64,000 bases of DNA from Octopus vulgaris (taxonomy: Eukaryota), in assembly GCA_951406725.2 (NCBI GenBank), contig OX597829.1:10664001-10728000 (forward strand), given 5' to 3'. The notes under the pieces were generated by a model, which searched no databases, was not told the origin of the DNA, and was given only the letters and a program-made list of their open reading frames with translations. Of this stretch, positions 16,162 to 36,763 are shown one piece after another. Position 1 is the stretch's first letter. Every line of letters begins with the position of its first letter. The position numbers were made by a program, and so were the translations under genes.

Positions 16162-16447
16162 ACAATTGCAGTGTGGAAGGTGTTTGTAAGCCATTTAAGA
16201 AACACACAAAAGCCGTTCGATTCACTTCAACATTTAAGTTTAATTTGTCAAAATATTTTCGTCGCTAAAATCCGCGACCTGTTTACTGACAAAATTCCGT
16301 GCTGCATCTCGGATTTTTGTCAGTGAACAGGTCGCGGATTTTAGCGACGAAAATATTTTGACAAATTAAACTTAAATGTTGAAGTGAATCGAACGGCTTT
16401 TGTGTGTTTCTTAAATGGCTTACAAACACCTTCCACGCTGCAATTGT
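16162..16447. repeat. Near-perfect palindrome with arms of about 138 bp (16162-16299, 16310-16447) and a 10 bp spacer
   Basis: ACAATTGCAGTGTGGAAGG..GACAAAATTCCG pairs with CGGATTTTTGTC..CCTTCCACGCTGCAATTGT with only a few mismatches. Confidence 0.95.
16316..16365 (+). ncRNA. Hammerhead-like motif with G3:C8 swapped core
   Basis: TTTGTCA-GTGAACA-G-GTCGC ggatttta GCGAC-GAAA-ATATTT-TGACAAA; 7-bp stem I and 5-bp stem II. Confidence 0.6.
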
Positions 16448-16491
16448 TTTCGTTTCAGCACGATCTCAGATCAAATTACTTGCTATGCGAG

Positions 16492-16587
<96 letters not shown>

Positions 16588-18124
16588 GTGTATATAAATA
16601 CATATACATATGTATACATATGTATACATATGTATACATATGTATGTATGTATGTATAATACTTTTATAGGGTGTGTGGTATACACATAAACTCGATACT
16701 TACAAGTGTAACTATGTTTTAATGTATCGCTCTTTTGTGTGGAGGCGCGTGGCTTGGTGGTTCCGGCGTTGGACTCATGATCGTAAGATTGTGCGTTGTT
16801 TTTACATCTTTGTTAGACAACGTGTATCAAAGACTACTTCCATCAAAGAACATAACTGTTATGAAAGTTGTTCCAGTTTCCATTTGAATATTCCAGATAA
16901 CTTTTGTTTTAAGAATAAAACATGGTACTCAGCTTCCTCATCCGCTAGATAAATTATGCCTTTCTCTTAGTTGAACATATTGTGCAGTCCACCTAGTACT
17001 GGTCTTTTACCGGTTCATTACCATACTGCAATGAAGCAATATTGTATTATTTCTACTGTCTATATCTACGAGTTGTTCTTATCGCGTTTTCTGGTTGATT
17101 GATAGAACTATAATGTAAGACATTGAGAGAAAAATAAGCAATGTCGTTTAACCATAATTGAACCCGTTCTTATGGGTTCATTTATGCTCTCTCGCCATGA
17201 ACACTTCGAATTTTTTGCATATGAGAAACCTACTAAGTTGTCCATGTAAACCATAACCGCCACTGGCAACAAATTACGCCATGGTAACATGTAACATGCT
17301 TTCGATTATTGTTTAAGATTATACAAACTCACATGTCTTCCCACACAAGATTCCGCCAAAACACCTATACTGCTGGGAAGAGAGAGAGAAAGACAGACAG
17401 ACAGACAGACAGAGAGGCGGGGAGAGGACTACACAAGAACTCAGCTTGGTACTGATTTAAGGTAGATTAAAGCGGATTAAAGCAACATCAAATAATATGT
17501 CTTATTCAGTTACACAACGTGCTTCCCTGCTCCAGAAAATCGAACCCACAACCTTGCGATTGTCAGTCTAACGTCGTAACCACTAGGCCTCGTGCCTTCA
17601 ATATGTTGTCCATGAACCTCGTTCAGAACGGCAACATGCTATTTGAGGGTGATTTAGCTGTTGTTACTGATTAGCCACCAGGTTAGCTTTGATTAAATGG
17701 ACCTACGACAGAAAGCGTTCCTGCTATGAACACTCACTATACCTCTATATCAAGGATACATTTTCCCCTGGTATCCTGTTTTAATTCAAGGTTGTAGGGT
17801 GTGGTGTGAGGATGATCTTGTTGCTTTTGTTATTTGATTTCAGCTTAAATCTGAGTAGATTTATAATCATAAGATTATGAGACCAAACATTTTTGGGACC
17901 ACCTCATTGAATACTCCATTAAGAAATCCCCATGTGATTTAATAAAGGTATGGCTGCTATTTCTAGTAGATGTTATCCACATGTACAGCTCCATCGTTAG
18001 TTCATGACTTCATATAGTTTGACGGTGATCCAGCTGATTGTGATTATCCAAGCTCATTCAAAGTGAGCAATTCCTGTTCTTTTATATTTACTATATGGAA
18101 GCTACAATTCATTCCTTGATTCTA

Positions 18125-18305
18125 TGCGGTGAGCTGGTAAAGCGTCGGAAAAATGTTTTATAATGTTTCATTTCTATTTGCTGGAAACGTTCTGAGTTCA
18201 AATCCCGCTAAGGTAACTCTTTCCTTTCATTCTTTCGGTGTTAATAGAGTTAGGTATTTGTCTAGCACTGACTTGGATAGAATCGGCTAACTAAAATTAC
18301 CTGGC
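18125..18305 (+). mobile_element. SINE family C (diverged)
   Basis: GCGGTGAGCTGG..ACGTTCTGAGTTCAAATCCC..CCTTTCATTCTTTCGG; related copies at 18570, 53715, 54075 and 59285. Confidence 0.65.
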
Positions 18306-18569
18306 CTTATATCTAAATCATAAGCCATTATTCTGTTTTCTGACGTTATAGAAATAATGCCCTCAAAGCATTCGCAAATTCTCACTTTCAAATGCCACGA
18401 ACACTGCTTATTCATGTGTTGTGTGGGTATATAATTGGTGTGTTTGCGTTGCGCTGTATGATAGTGCACATGCTCATTTCCGTTATTATCCAGGTACTTT
18501 ATTGTCTAAATACTTTTAAATACGTTATTGTCTGGTGTATGCATGCGTATACTTGTAAGAATATTCTTT

Positions 18570-18772
18570 TCTACTCTAGGCACAAGGCCCGAAGTTTTGG
18601 TGGAGGGGGTCAGTCAATTAGTACCAGTACGCACCTGGTACTTAATTTATCGTCTCCGAAAGGATGAAAGACATAGTCGACCTCGGTGAAATTTGAACTC
18701 AGAACGTAAAGACAGACGAAATACCGCTAAACATTTCGTCGGTGTGCTCACCTTTCTGCTACCTCACCGCCA
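18570..18772 (-). mobile_element. SINE family C
   Basis: Minus strand GGCGGTGAGG..ACGTTCTGAGTTCAAATTTCACCGAGGTCGACT..TTTCATCCTTTCGG..AAATTAAGTACCAG. Confidence 0.75.
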
Positions 18773-19001
18773 TATTTGTAAGAATATTGGAGTAAGTGCC
18801 TCCAGTTTGGCAAATAAAACAATGTAAGAGCAAAGGAAATTAGATGTCTGAATAATACATGTCTGTGTTTATTTGTTTGTGTGTGGGGGTGTAGAGTGAG
18901 AGAGGTAGATGGTAGATAGATGATAGATATGCATACATATATACATGCATACATATGTATATAATTATATATATATGTATATACATATATGTTTATGCTT
19001 C

Positions 19002-19039
<38 letters not shown>

Positions 19040-19125
19040 TACATGTGTATATACATAGTGATGAATGTATATATGCATATATGTGTACGTATGTATATGT
19101 GTGTATGCGTAAATACACAGACAGG

Positions 19126-19156
<31 letters not shown>

Positions 19157-19306
19157 GATGGCACAAAGAGACATTGTAGCTGGGTGGGAGAAAGAGGAGA
19201 GAAATATGAGAGATGTACTACAGAGTGCGGAAATATATGTGTACGTGGATAAACATGCGCGATCATGTGTTCTGCTTCTGTATTTGCATTCCGTACTTTT
19301 TTCCGA

Positions 19307-19356
<50 letters not shown>

Positions 19357-19911
19357 TATATAAATATATATATATATGTCTGTAAATACATGTGTGTGTG
19401 TGCATACATTCATTCGCGCGCACGTGTTTCTACATGTGTGTGTGTGTTTGTTGGCGTACGTGTGCACGCGTATGTCTGAGTTTGTGTTTGCATGTATGTT
19501 AACTAGGCTACCGATTTATGTAATTATATATACTGTTTACTCGTTGTTCAAATATTAGCATAACATTATATATTTGTATTTCAATTAGAACTTCTACGGT
19601 TAAATGACCACTTAATTTTATTAGCTAATAACAAATAATAGATTCTTTAAAACTGGATTCTTTGTTGTTGTTTTTTTGTCTTTGCTCATTTTGTTTTGCT
19701 TATCTTGTTTTGCCTTATGTTTTTTTTTTTTTTTTTTTGTTTGCATACCAGGTTTATATTGAAAATATCTCAAGCTTTGTGTATTATTTATATATGCATT
19801 TGATTATTCTGTGTAACGACGCTAAAAACAAAATTAGGCTTAAAGAAAAAGCATAAAGAAATACATAATCTTCTATATATGATGTATGTTTTGCAAATCA
19901 TAATGAGTAGA

Positions 19912-20711
19912 TTATTCCTTAGTTTTAAATAATACCGGATAAGTTTCCACGTGACCAAAGTTATTCCAGACGTGTAGAACTTTCTGTAAGGCGTTATAAT
20001 CCATCATTGCCACATTCACTCTAACGTCGTGGTTCACAATTGGGAGGATCATATCTTTAGCGCCTAACACACTATCGATTCCTGTTCGGGTGTCATATTT
20101 GTAACGAACAAATGCGTGTGAATTCGGTGGTGCTTCGACTCCGTATAAGACACCGCATACGATAAAAGAATTCAAGAGTAATTTCTTTGGAAAGTTTGTT
20201 AACCATACCTCTTCTAAGATCATAGTATTTTCGTTTAGTTTGCTGACAACCACCTTGCCGTCAGCTTCGACGGTGGAGTACGTAACCCATAGACCAAACT
20301 CGTCAACAGCGAAATCGACATCGCTCAATATGTTGTTTTGATAAGGGTAAACGTTATGCACCCCAGCTCCTTCTAGCGGATATTCGTCGATGAAAGCTGA
20401 CCCACCGAGGTCATAGCGAATCATTATATTTGTTTTCGCTTTCAAACAATAGAGCGCGTTTTTGTATACAACCTGACCGGTGCCTTCGCAATAAAACGGT
20501 AGTTCATATGTTTTACTGACCAGTTCGTGAACGAAGGCTAATTCTGAATCGTACTCGACTAATGTATTGCTGCCTGAATGCCCATACATCAGCCAAGTTT
20601 TACCGTAGTTTTCAGGTATGACATCTCGCATTATGGCACCTTGTCTTACACCAACATTGATATCGTTTACCATTTGACCAATCCCAACAACTGCTTCAGC
20701 ATTGCATTTAT
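19912..20711 (-). CDS. Terminal exon encoding a complete olfactomedin (OLF) domain
   Basis: Motifs GAIMRD, GTGQVVY, RYDL, DVDFAVDEFGLWVTY, VVSKLN, FIVCGVLY, MMDYN; polypyrimidine tract and TTTCAG acceptor (AG at 20713-20712), phase 1; TAA stop; AATAAA at 19622-19617. Confidence 0.93.
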
Positions 20712-22675
20712 CTGAAAGTTCAATGAAAAAAGAAGTTAAAAACAAAAGATAGAATAAAATAAATGAAGTATATTTCATCACAAAACCATTGGGAAAATAT
20801 TCAACAAAAGAAAGAAATGCAGATCTTTCCTGAAACACAATGAACCCTACCAGTCGAATATTTAACTTTGATTTCCGTAGAGTTAACCAGATAAATATTA
20901 AATATTGCTCTGCATAAAACGTCAATCTGTTGCATAGAGTGGGGTTTTTTTTCTATCATAAAGATTTTAAATCATCAATTAGAAGTTTTCAAAGTTCTCT
21001 TTTTTTTCACAAAAGTGTGATTCTATTTTACTCCGCTTTACTGCGCATAGTATCAATTCACAGTTCGTTGTATCTGCTGTACATAATTTGTACAGTAACG
21101 TGAACTGTACTGCCGAGAGTTAAGGTAGTGAAGGTGACAGAATATGAATTACTAAAAGCTCGGCTCTTCTTTATTTTATTTGCTTGTTTGCATTCTACAG
21201 ACGCATGAATCGGCAGTCCAGTATGTAAACCAGGTTAGAGAGGAATTACTTTCTGGAGCTAAAATCACAGATTTGTAGGTAAGAACAATTAGGAATACGA
21301 AAAGTGAGTGACCATGGGTTTCCAAGGTAAGTAAGCCATAATCAGTCAAACAAACCCTGTAAATGAGGATTGAACTTACAGTTTTCAGGACACTATACGT
21401 AACGAAATACCAAAAGGAAAATTGTCAAGAAATCAATGAAACATTCCTAGGTAGAGTTTTGTCAGCGTTTGAACTAATTCGTTAACACCATAATCATCTA
21501 GCTCAGGGATTCTATGCAGCGAATCCATAGCTTTATAATATTGGGACCAGGTGTCCCGTCTTAAATGACTCGATACATTGATATGCTGCTTTCTTTGTGT
21601 AGTACCACCATACCTTAGAAGGCACTGATGGAAATGGTTTCCCAGGAGAGGCCTATTACCAGACACGACAAAGGGCTAGGACCCCTAAATAACACTTCGG
21701 GTGTTTAACCAATTTACAACCGACATTCGAGTAGGTTATTTTTCTGTGATCAGAGTAGTAGATGGTAATTCGCAGTGACCAAACAATCATACTTTCTCTG
21801 CCAGTTTCGTATATACCACATAATTTATGGCTATTTCACATTGGTCAGTTGCCTCAGCCAGGTAAAAAGAAAAAAAAACTGCCAAGAAGCATAGCGGATA
21901 CGAACAGAAAATGAACGAAGTAATCCATTTACAAATCAAGTATTAAACTGCAGGTGTCAGATATTTTGCACATGAAAGGAAAGTACTCGACTGCCAGTTC
22001 TCATTTCAAATTGATGACATATGCTTGATTCCAGTTGTAGACACAACGTGAGATTTATTTATCTATTTATTTATTTATCTATCAATATTTTTCCATTTAT
22101 CTATTAGAAAAAAACTTAACTTTAATCTGGAAGCTCTTAGGCGTTTGTGAAAGTACACCATCCTTATTAATGGATGTTGTACTTTAACTAGGCATGCCTT
22201 AGAATAAACAGTGTTTGGAATAGGCAGCAGATCTTTGAGAGATGTTACCTACAATAGACTTCTATCATTAGGTTCGACATATAGTATATTACATTTGAGG
22301 TGTAATTCTTATATATTATTTAAATGAGTGAATGTTACTAAATTTAGATTTCTGTGGCAAATTCGCAGACGCTTCCGTCAGATATATGAATACCTGCCTG
22401 CCGATATGAGGATTTACTGCTACTATAAAAATCTCTTCTTATTTTGTTAGTTGTACATAATCCCACACAAATTAATCTACTGCAAACGCTAATCTGATTT
22501 ACACCACTCGTCTTGGGTTTATTTGAGAGACAGGCAGACAGACAAAGACAGAGAGACAAAGAGACAGAGAAACAGACAGAGACAGACAGACAGACAGACA
22601 GATAGACAAAGACAGAGAGACAGGGAGAGAGGAACAGACAGAGACAGATAGACAGTGACAGGAACAGAAACAGAG

Positions 22676-22714
<39 letters not shown>

Positions 22715-22735
22715 GAGATAGAGAGAAAGAGAGAG

Positions 22736-23186
22736 AAGCAATACATATAATTCATTAATTCTGAGAATTACCATTCTGAGGAACTCTCATATTCCAATGA
22801 ATCACTGCAATATACTGACCCTCAGACTAAAATTTCTTATTAACTTCCACATTGAGAGAGGGGGAGAGGGGGAGAAAGGGGCGAAAGAGAGAGAGGGGAG
22901 AAAGGGAGAGGGAAGAGAGAGAGGGAAGAGGGAAGAGGGAGAGGAGAAAGAGAGAGAGGAAAAAGAGAGAGGGGAGAAAGAGAGAGAGGAGAAAGAGAGA
23001 GGGGAGAGAGAGCAAAGAGAGAGAGAGGGGAGGGGGAGGGGAGAGAGAAACAGACAGACAGACAAAAGCAGTACTTTATATTCCTTAATCTGAGAACTAT
23101 CACTCTGAGGAACTGTCAATGTTCCAACGAATCCTTGCCATGTACTAACCACCAGACTGTAAAACTTATTCTTATTAACTTCCACA
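22736..23186. repeat. Diverged intronic direct repeat of about 115 bp (22736-22850 and 23065-23186) separated by a GA-rich tract
   Basis: Shared motifs CTGAGAA.TA.CA.TCTGAGGAACT and TTCTTATTAACTTCCACA. Confidence 0.85.
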
Positions 23187-23274
23187 GTGTATCCATCTTT
23201 TCGTTTGAGGTAATATTTATCCTAAGTTGTGGTAGAGAGTTATTTCATTTATTTGGTTGAATTCAAATGCTTAC

Positions 23275-23622
23275 CTTTAAATTTAATATTAGCAGACGTT
23301 GGTAGAGAACTCTCTTTACTAGAAGTCATATCATCTTTGATTGCTACAAGTGTTCTGCCCAAATATTGCACGCCTTTCTCCTGTTCCTCAGTGACAGTCA
23401 GAAGTTTATCTAGAACGATGCGCGTGAACTCCGACATTGATGTCAGCGTAGTGGCCAGATCAGTCAGAAGACGGTTTTGAAGAGTAAACTGTGAGGCAAG
23501 ATAATGCTGTTGGTTTTGAAGATAGGACACGTACATTTCGTTACTTTCTGTCGGGAAAAACACTGCTCCGTTTTGTATCTCCACAAGCTTTCTCAAGCGT
23601 CTTTTCAACCCTAGGTTGCCAT
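23275..23622 (-). CDS. Penultimate exon (348 bp, phase 1-1) of the olfactomedin-domain gene, probable coiled coil
   Basis: Acceptor TTTTTCCAG, open frame GNLGLKRRLRKL..ANIKFK, donor G/GTAAGC; joins the OLF exon in frame (G+AT = Asp). Confidence 0.8.
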
Positions 23623-25649
23623 CTGGAAAAATAGAACCGCAGTCAGTGAAATATAAACGTCAATATGTGACCGCACAGTTACACGGATAAATGACAAAAG
23701 AAAAACGGACTCTCAGGAAGGGGCTATTCACAAGGGGAACAGGCTATTCAGACGATAAGCACTTAGTAGCTGAAAGCATCCATTGTTGCAATCTATAATC
23801 GCTTGATGAAAGATCGAAATATCGACTTTTCTTTGATAACCTCAAGACGGTGGGCTGATGACTCAGCCTGCAATAAAACGGCACACACGCATGCGTATGC
23901 ACGTACTCATCAATCTTCTCTTCTCTTTTGAACCGGCCTTATATTCCTGTCACTATCCAAGTGGTTCTTCTGATCCTATTAACTATTGCCCGACCAGCCA
24001 CTAATTAGTAGACTATTTTATTTCATTACTTTATGGTTAGTTTTCTGACACATCAAGTGTAAAATACGCCGCTGTAAAAGTCAGACATACATAGACACAG
24101 TTGTCGTTATTGCCGTTGTTGTTGTTGTTGTTATCGTTGTTATTTTTGTTATTTTTCTTATTTATTATTGCATTTTTTATTGTTGTATTCGTTGTTGTTA
24201 TTGTTGGAGAAGAGTGAGAGGGACAGGAAGGCATGTGTCGCGTTAGGTTAGAATGGTGTGAGGTAGTGTGAGGTAGCGTGAGAAGGAGTGAGTTTGGTGG
24301 TGGTGGTGATGGTGGTGGTGGTGGTGGTGGTGGTGGTGGTGGTGGTGGTGGTGGTGGTGGTGGTTGTGAAGGTGGTGGTGCCCGGTCATAGTTTCGTAGA
24401 AAAATCATTGAAAAGAAACTTTGAAAGGCGGGAATTTAATTATTTCAGAGAATGTCACCGATGAGTGTCGCTCGTTGATCAAGATAGCGATAATAACAGA
24501 GAGCTAGTTGACAATGGACATTCTAAGTCGCTGAAATCTCAAAGAAGAAGCAAGAAGGGAAAGAAAAGGAGAGAGAAAAGAAGAGGAAAAAAGATAGATA
24601 GAGAGTAAGGGAGAGAGTGGGTAAGGAGAGACAGAGAAAATCCAATAAAATTAAATAGACAAAACACCCTGAGAGTGCCTAGAACGGTAATACCCTCAGC
24701 TAGTGTCGATATTTCTGCAAGCTGATCTACAAGCTATTTTTTTCTCTTTTTTTCCGCTCTTTTATTTTCTACATTTATATTTCTTTTTTACAAAACAACT
24801 AAATTTAAACCCACCCCCACAGAAAAAAACCCATATAATAAACTAATTTCACAAATAAATAATAAATAATAATAAATAATAATTGATCGAGTCACTGCAG
24901 TCGCTGGGGTGGAAAAGCAAGATAGAAATTATAGCTGACATGTTTCTCTTTTTCCCCCTTCTTTCTATTTTTGTTTTTATTTTACTGTTTTCTTCTTATT
25001 CTTCTCTCTCTGTCCTATACAACGCCAGCATCTCCATTATAAAATACTTATGCCACTCCACTAACCCCTCCACCACCACTACTAACAATAACAACAATAA
25101 CTACAATAACATAACAACGACAATCATAATAACAACAATAACAGGAAGAAAGAAAAAAAATTCTCTACCAAAATTGACACCAATGCCAACATCGCCTCCA
25201 ATAAACGGTACCATCAACACAACGACACCAATATCTCCATCATAAAAGAGTTTCTGCCTCCAATAACATCGCTACTGGTTTTTCAGCACCATGGTCATCA
25301 CCCTTATTGTCGCTGGCACCACCGAGATCAACAGCAACGCCAGCACCGACACCATCATCTCATCACCAAAATTATCAATACCAACACCAGCACCGTTCGT
25401 ACTAGAAGCGTCGATGCCGATATCTCCATCATAAAAGACTTGCAACAGCGGCGGCAGTGGCTGCACCTCTTGGAACGTCACCTCCGCTGGCACCATAATC
25501 ATTGTCACTAGAGCCAAGACTAATAATACCCACACCACCACCCACACCAATACGAATATGATCGACGTCGATACCGCCCCTGTTACCAACGCATAACAAT
25601 CTCACATCAAGCAATGTACGCCCATACTTGAGCACAACCATGCATTTAC

Positions 25650-34065
<8,416 letters not shown>

Positions 34066-34590
34066 GTCTATACATCTACTAGATTACTAGAAATAGATAG
34101 CAGACAGGAAACTTTGAATATTAAGGAATGGTCGGAAGCATAATTTGAAACGATGAATTGGCAAAAATGGCTGCTATCAATGAAAATGTTACGTGTTGGG
34201 ACTGGCACGAAGGTTAAAGTTCGATTATCATAAATTAATAACGCCTATAAGATAAAGTAAGGAATATGTTTAAAGGTAATGTTTGGTGATAAAGTATTGG
34301 AATGAGGGAAATGGTTTGAAAGAAACTTGCCCAGAAAAATATATTTATTTGTGCGTTAGAGAGAAGAACGGATGTCGTTTTCAAATTATCTACACACAAA
34401 GTAGATAGCACTTATAGCACGCACATAGACTATATCTAACTTCACAGTCTCAAACACGGATGCTTCTTACAACCACCCTCTCGGATACACGTGGGTTTGT
34501 TTGTGTATTCGTGTATTTGTATGCATACACACATACACACATACATATATACATGTATACGTATATGTATACAATCTCTCTCTCTCTCTC

Positions 34591-36641
34591 TCGACCGGAC
34601 CGTCGGTCCAGCGTCCCACGACGGAGGCGCTGGTGGACGGCATTGGCTTGCTTCTCCAGGTGGTTAGTCGCAAGCCCACTGACTTTTCCCGGTTGATTTT
34701 TCGCTCCTGTCACCGCTTCGTAGTTTTTCAGTGTCTCGCCGACCTGCTCGAAGTGCTCGTGGCTAGACACTATGACGGTGACGTCGTCCGCGTATGCAAA
34801 CACGCTCGTTCCGCATCCCAGTTCTCGCGGGATGCCCCTCAAAGTTGCCAGCTTCCGCAATAATGGCTCAAGAGTCAATACGTATAGAAGCGACGAGAGG
34901 GGGTATCCCTGACGGACCGAACGTGCGATGTCGAAAGGTCTCGATAGATGTCCATTTACGCGAATTACCGAACGGATGCCTCTGTACAAAGCGGCTATCC
35001 AGCCGCTGAAGATGGGACCGAAGCCAGCCGCTCTGAGGACTGCCTCCAAGTATCGATGGTCTACCCTATCGAAAGCTTTCGATTGATCCAAATTTATCAG
35101 CGCCCCACCCATGACAGGTTCGTTAACTACCCTGTCTATGATGTAGCGCATCAGGTGGAGGTTGTCATTGATGGTCCGGCCCAGCACGGCGCACGTTTGC
35201 GCCTTGTCGACCAGTTTCTCGGTGACAAGCGCCAATCTCTTGGCTAGCACCTTGGCCAAAATTTTCAAGTCTGCTTTAAGCAGAGTGATGGGCCTAAAGT
35301 TATCTATTACATTTCCCTTGTTTAGATCTTTCTTCAGCAGTGTTACGACTCCTCGGCTCACAAAACCAGGAATGCTCCCGTTTTGCTGCCAGTTGCAGTA
35401 CACCGCTGCCAAGACGTCTCCAAACAAGTCTGGCATACAACTGTAAAGCTCGTAGGTTAGACCATCCAAACCCGGCGATTTGTCCCTCGAGCATTCTGCC
35501 ATCGCGTCCTGCACTTCCGCCGCTGTGATGGCACCTTCGCAGCACCCTGCCTCTCCTGTCGAGAGTCGTGGTAGGCTGTGTAGGTAGGCACTGAAGTCCA
35601 CCCTACGTTCTTGCCCGCCACTCGTCCCGAAAAGTCGGGCAAAATGCTATTGAAAGGCCTCACACATTTTACTTGGCTCGATCAATTCGCGCCCCTGTTC
35701 ATCTACCAGAGACCGAATGGTGGCTTTGTTGCCCTGTTGCGCCTCTGCCACCCGGGCCTCTCTCGCGGCTCCAACACCTTCGTTCCTTAGAGCACGCATC
35801 ATAGCTCTGACAGCACACACTTTGTTTTTGGCGTTAAAGTGTTGGTCGAGGGCCAACCTCACCGCCAAAACGTCGGATGCGATGCCGCTTCTAATTGCCT
35901 CTTCTAGCTTCTTAAGTAGCTCATCCTCTACTCTATTTCTATCTATGGCTAGTGCTTTGCTGTACCTAATCGCTTCTGCTTTTACTGCTCTCTTGATGGC
36001 AAACCACCATTTGTTGTTGATGATGGCTCCCGTCAAAGCCCTCTTTACTAGTGTGCTAATCCGGTCTCTGAAAACCTGTCTCGATGGGAAAGACGCGTTT
36101 AGTTTCCAGTATCCGGGACTGAGTCTAAGTGTTTTACTTAAGTCTAGCGTACATGTCACAAGTTTGTGATCCGTGTAGCTGACTATGTGGAATTGTGGGC
36201 ATCCTATGCTATCTCTATCTACTGTCCTACACGGTATCCTATCTAGATACGATCTCAACGAACCGATGCGGTTGCTCCATGTCCACGTTGGCGCATTCGG
36301 GTGGTCTAGTCGGAACCTGTCAGACAGTTGAAAGCGTCTGAGCAGGTCTCTGAGGCATTTGCATCCTCGTCTATTCCTATCTCTATTCCTAGTCTACATG
36401 CGTTTCCAAGGTAGCATTCCAATCACCCACTAAGAGTAAAGGACGAGACGTTCCCAAGAATATTTCTAGACATTGAAAGAAATCCGCCCGACCTGTTAAG
36501 GGCGGTGCGTAGACTGATACGAGTCGAAAAGCGCACCCATTGCTGCCGTCGACATCCAGGACGACCAGTCTACCCTCCGGGTCTACGAATATTGTCTTTA
36601 CTTTGAGATCCAGATTCTTGCGAAAAAGTACCGCGGTGCCA
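34591..36641 (-). mobile_element. L1/Tx1-clade LINE ORF2 fragment (APE endonuclease to RT), degenerate
   Basis: VYAP, GDWN, SYLDRI, TDHK, SPGLDG, FRPITLL, LDQSKAFD, SVRQG, AYADD; homologous to about 43805-45852. Confidence 0.93.
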
Positions 36642-36670
36642 TAGATGGGTAGACAGAAAGAAAGACAGAC

Positions 36671-36745
<75 letters not shown>

Positions 36746-36763
36746 CAGACAGGCAGATAGATA

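Noticed and set aside
19912-20925. Single-exon 337-aa reading of the olfactomedin ORF with a hydrophobic N-terminus
   Set aside because: It has a non-ATG start, and the hydrophobic stretch is the intron polypyrimidine tract before the acceptor at 20712
21433-21666. 77-aa minus-strand ORF inside the olfactomedin intron
   Set aside because: No convincing splice sites or domain; possibly decayed mobile DNA
23853-23870. CTGATGA within GGCTGATGACTCAGCC as a possible hammerhead core
   Set aside because: No stem II, GAAA or UH follows; at most a short hairpin or AP-1-like site
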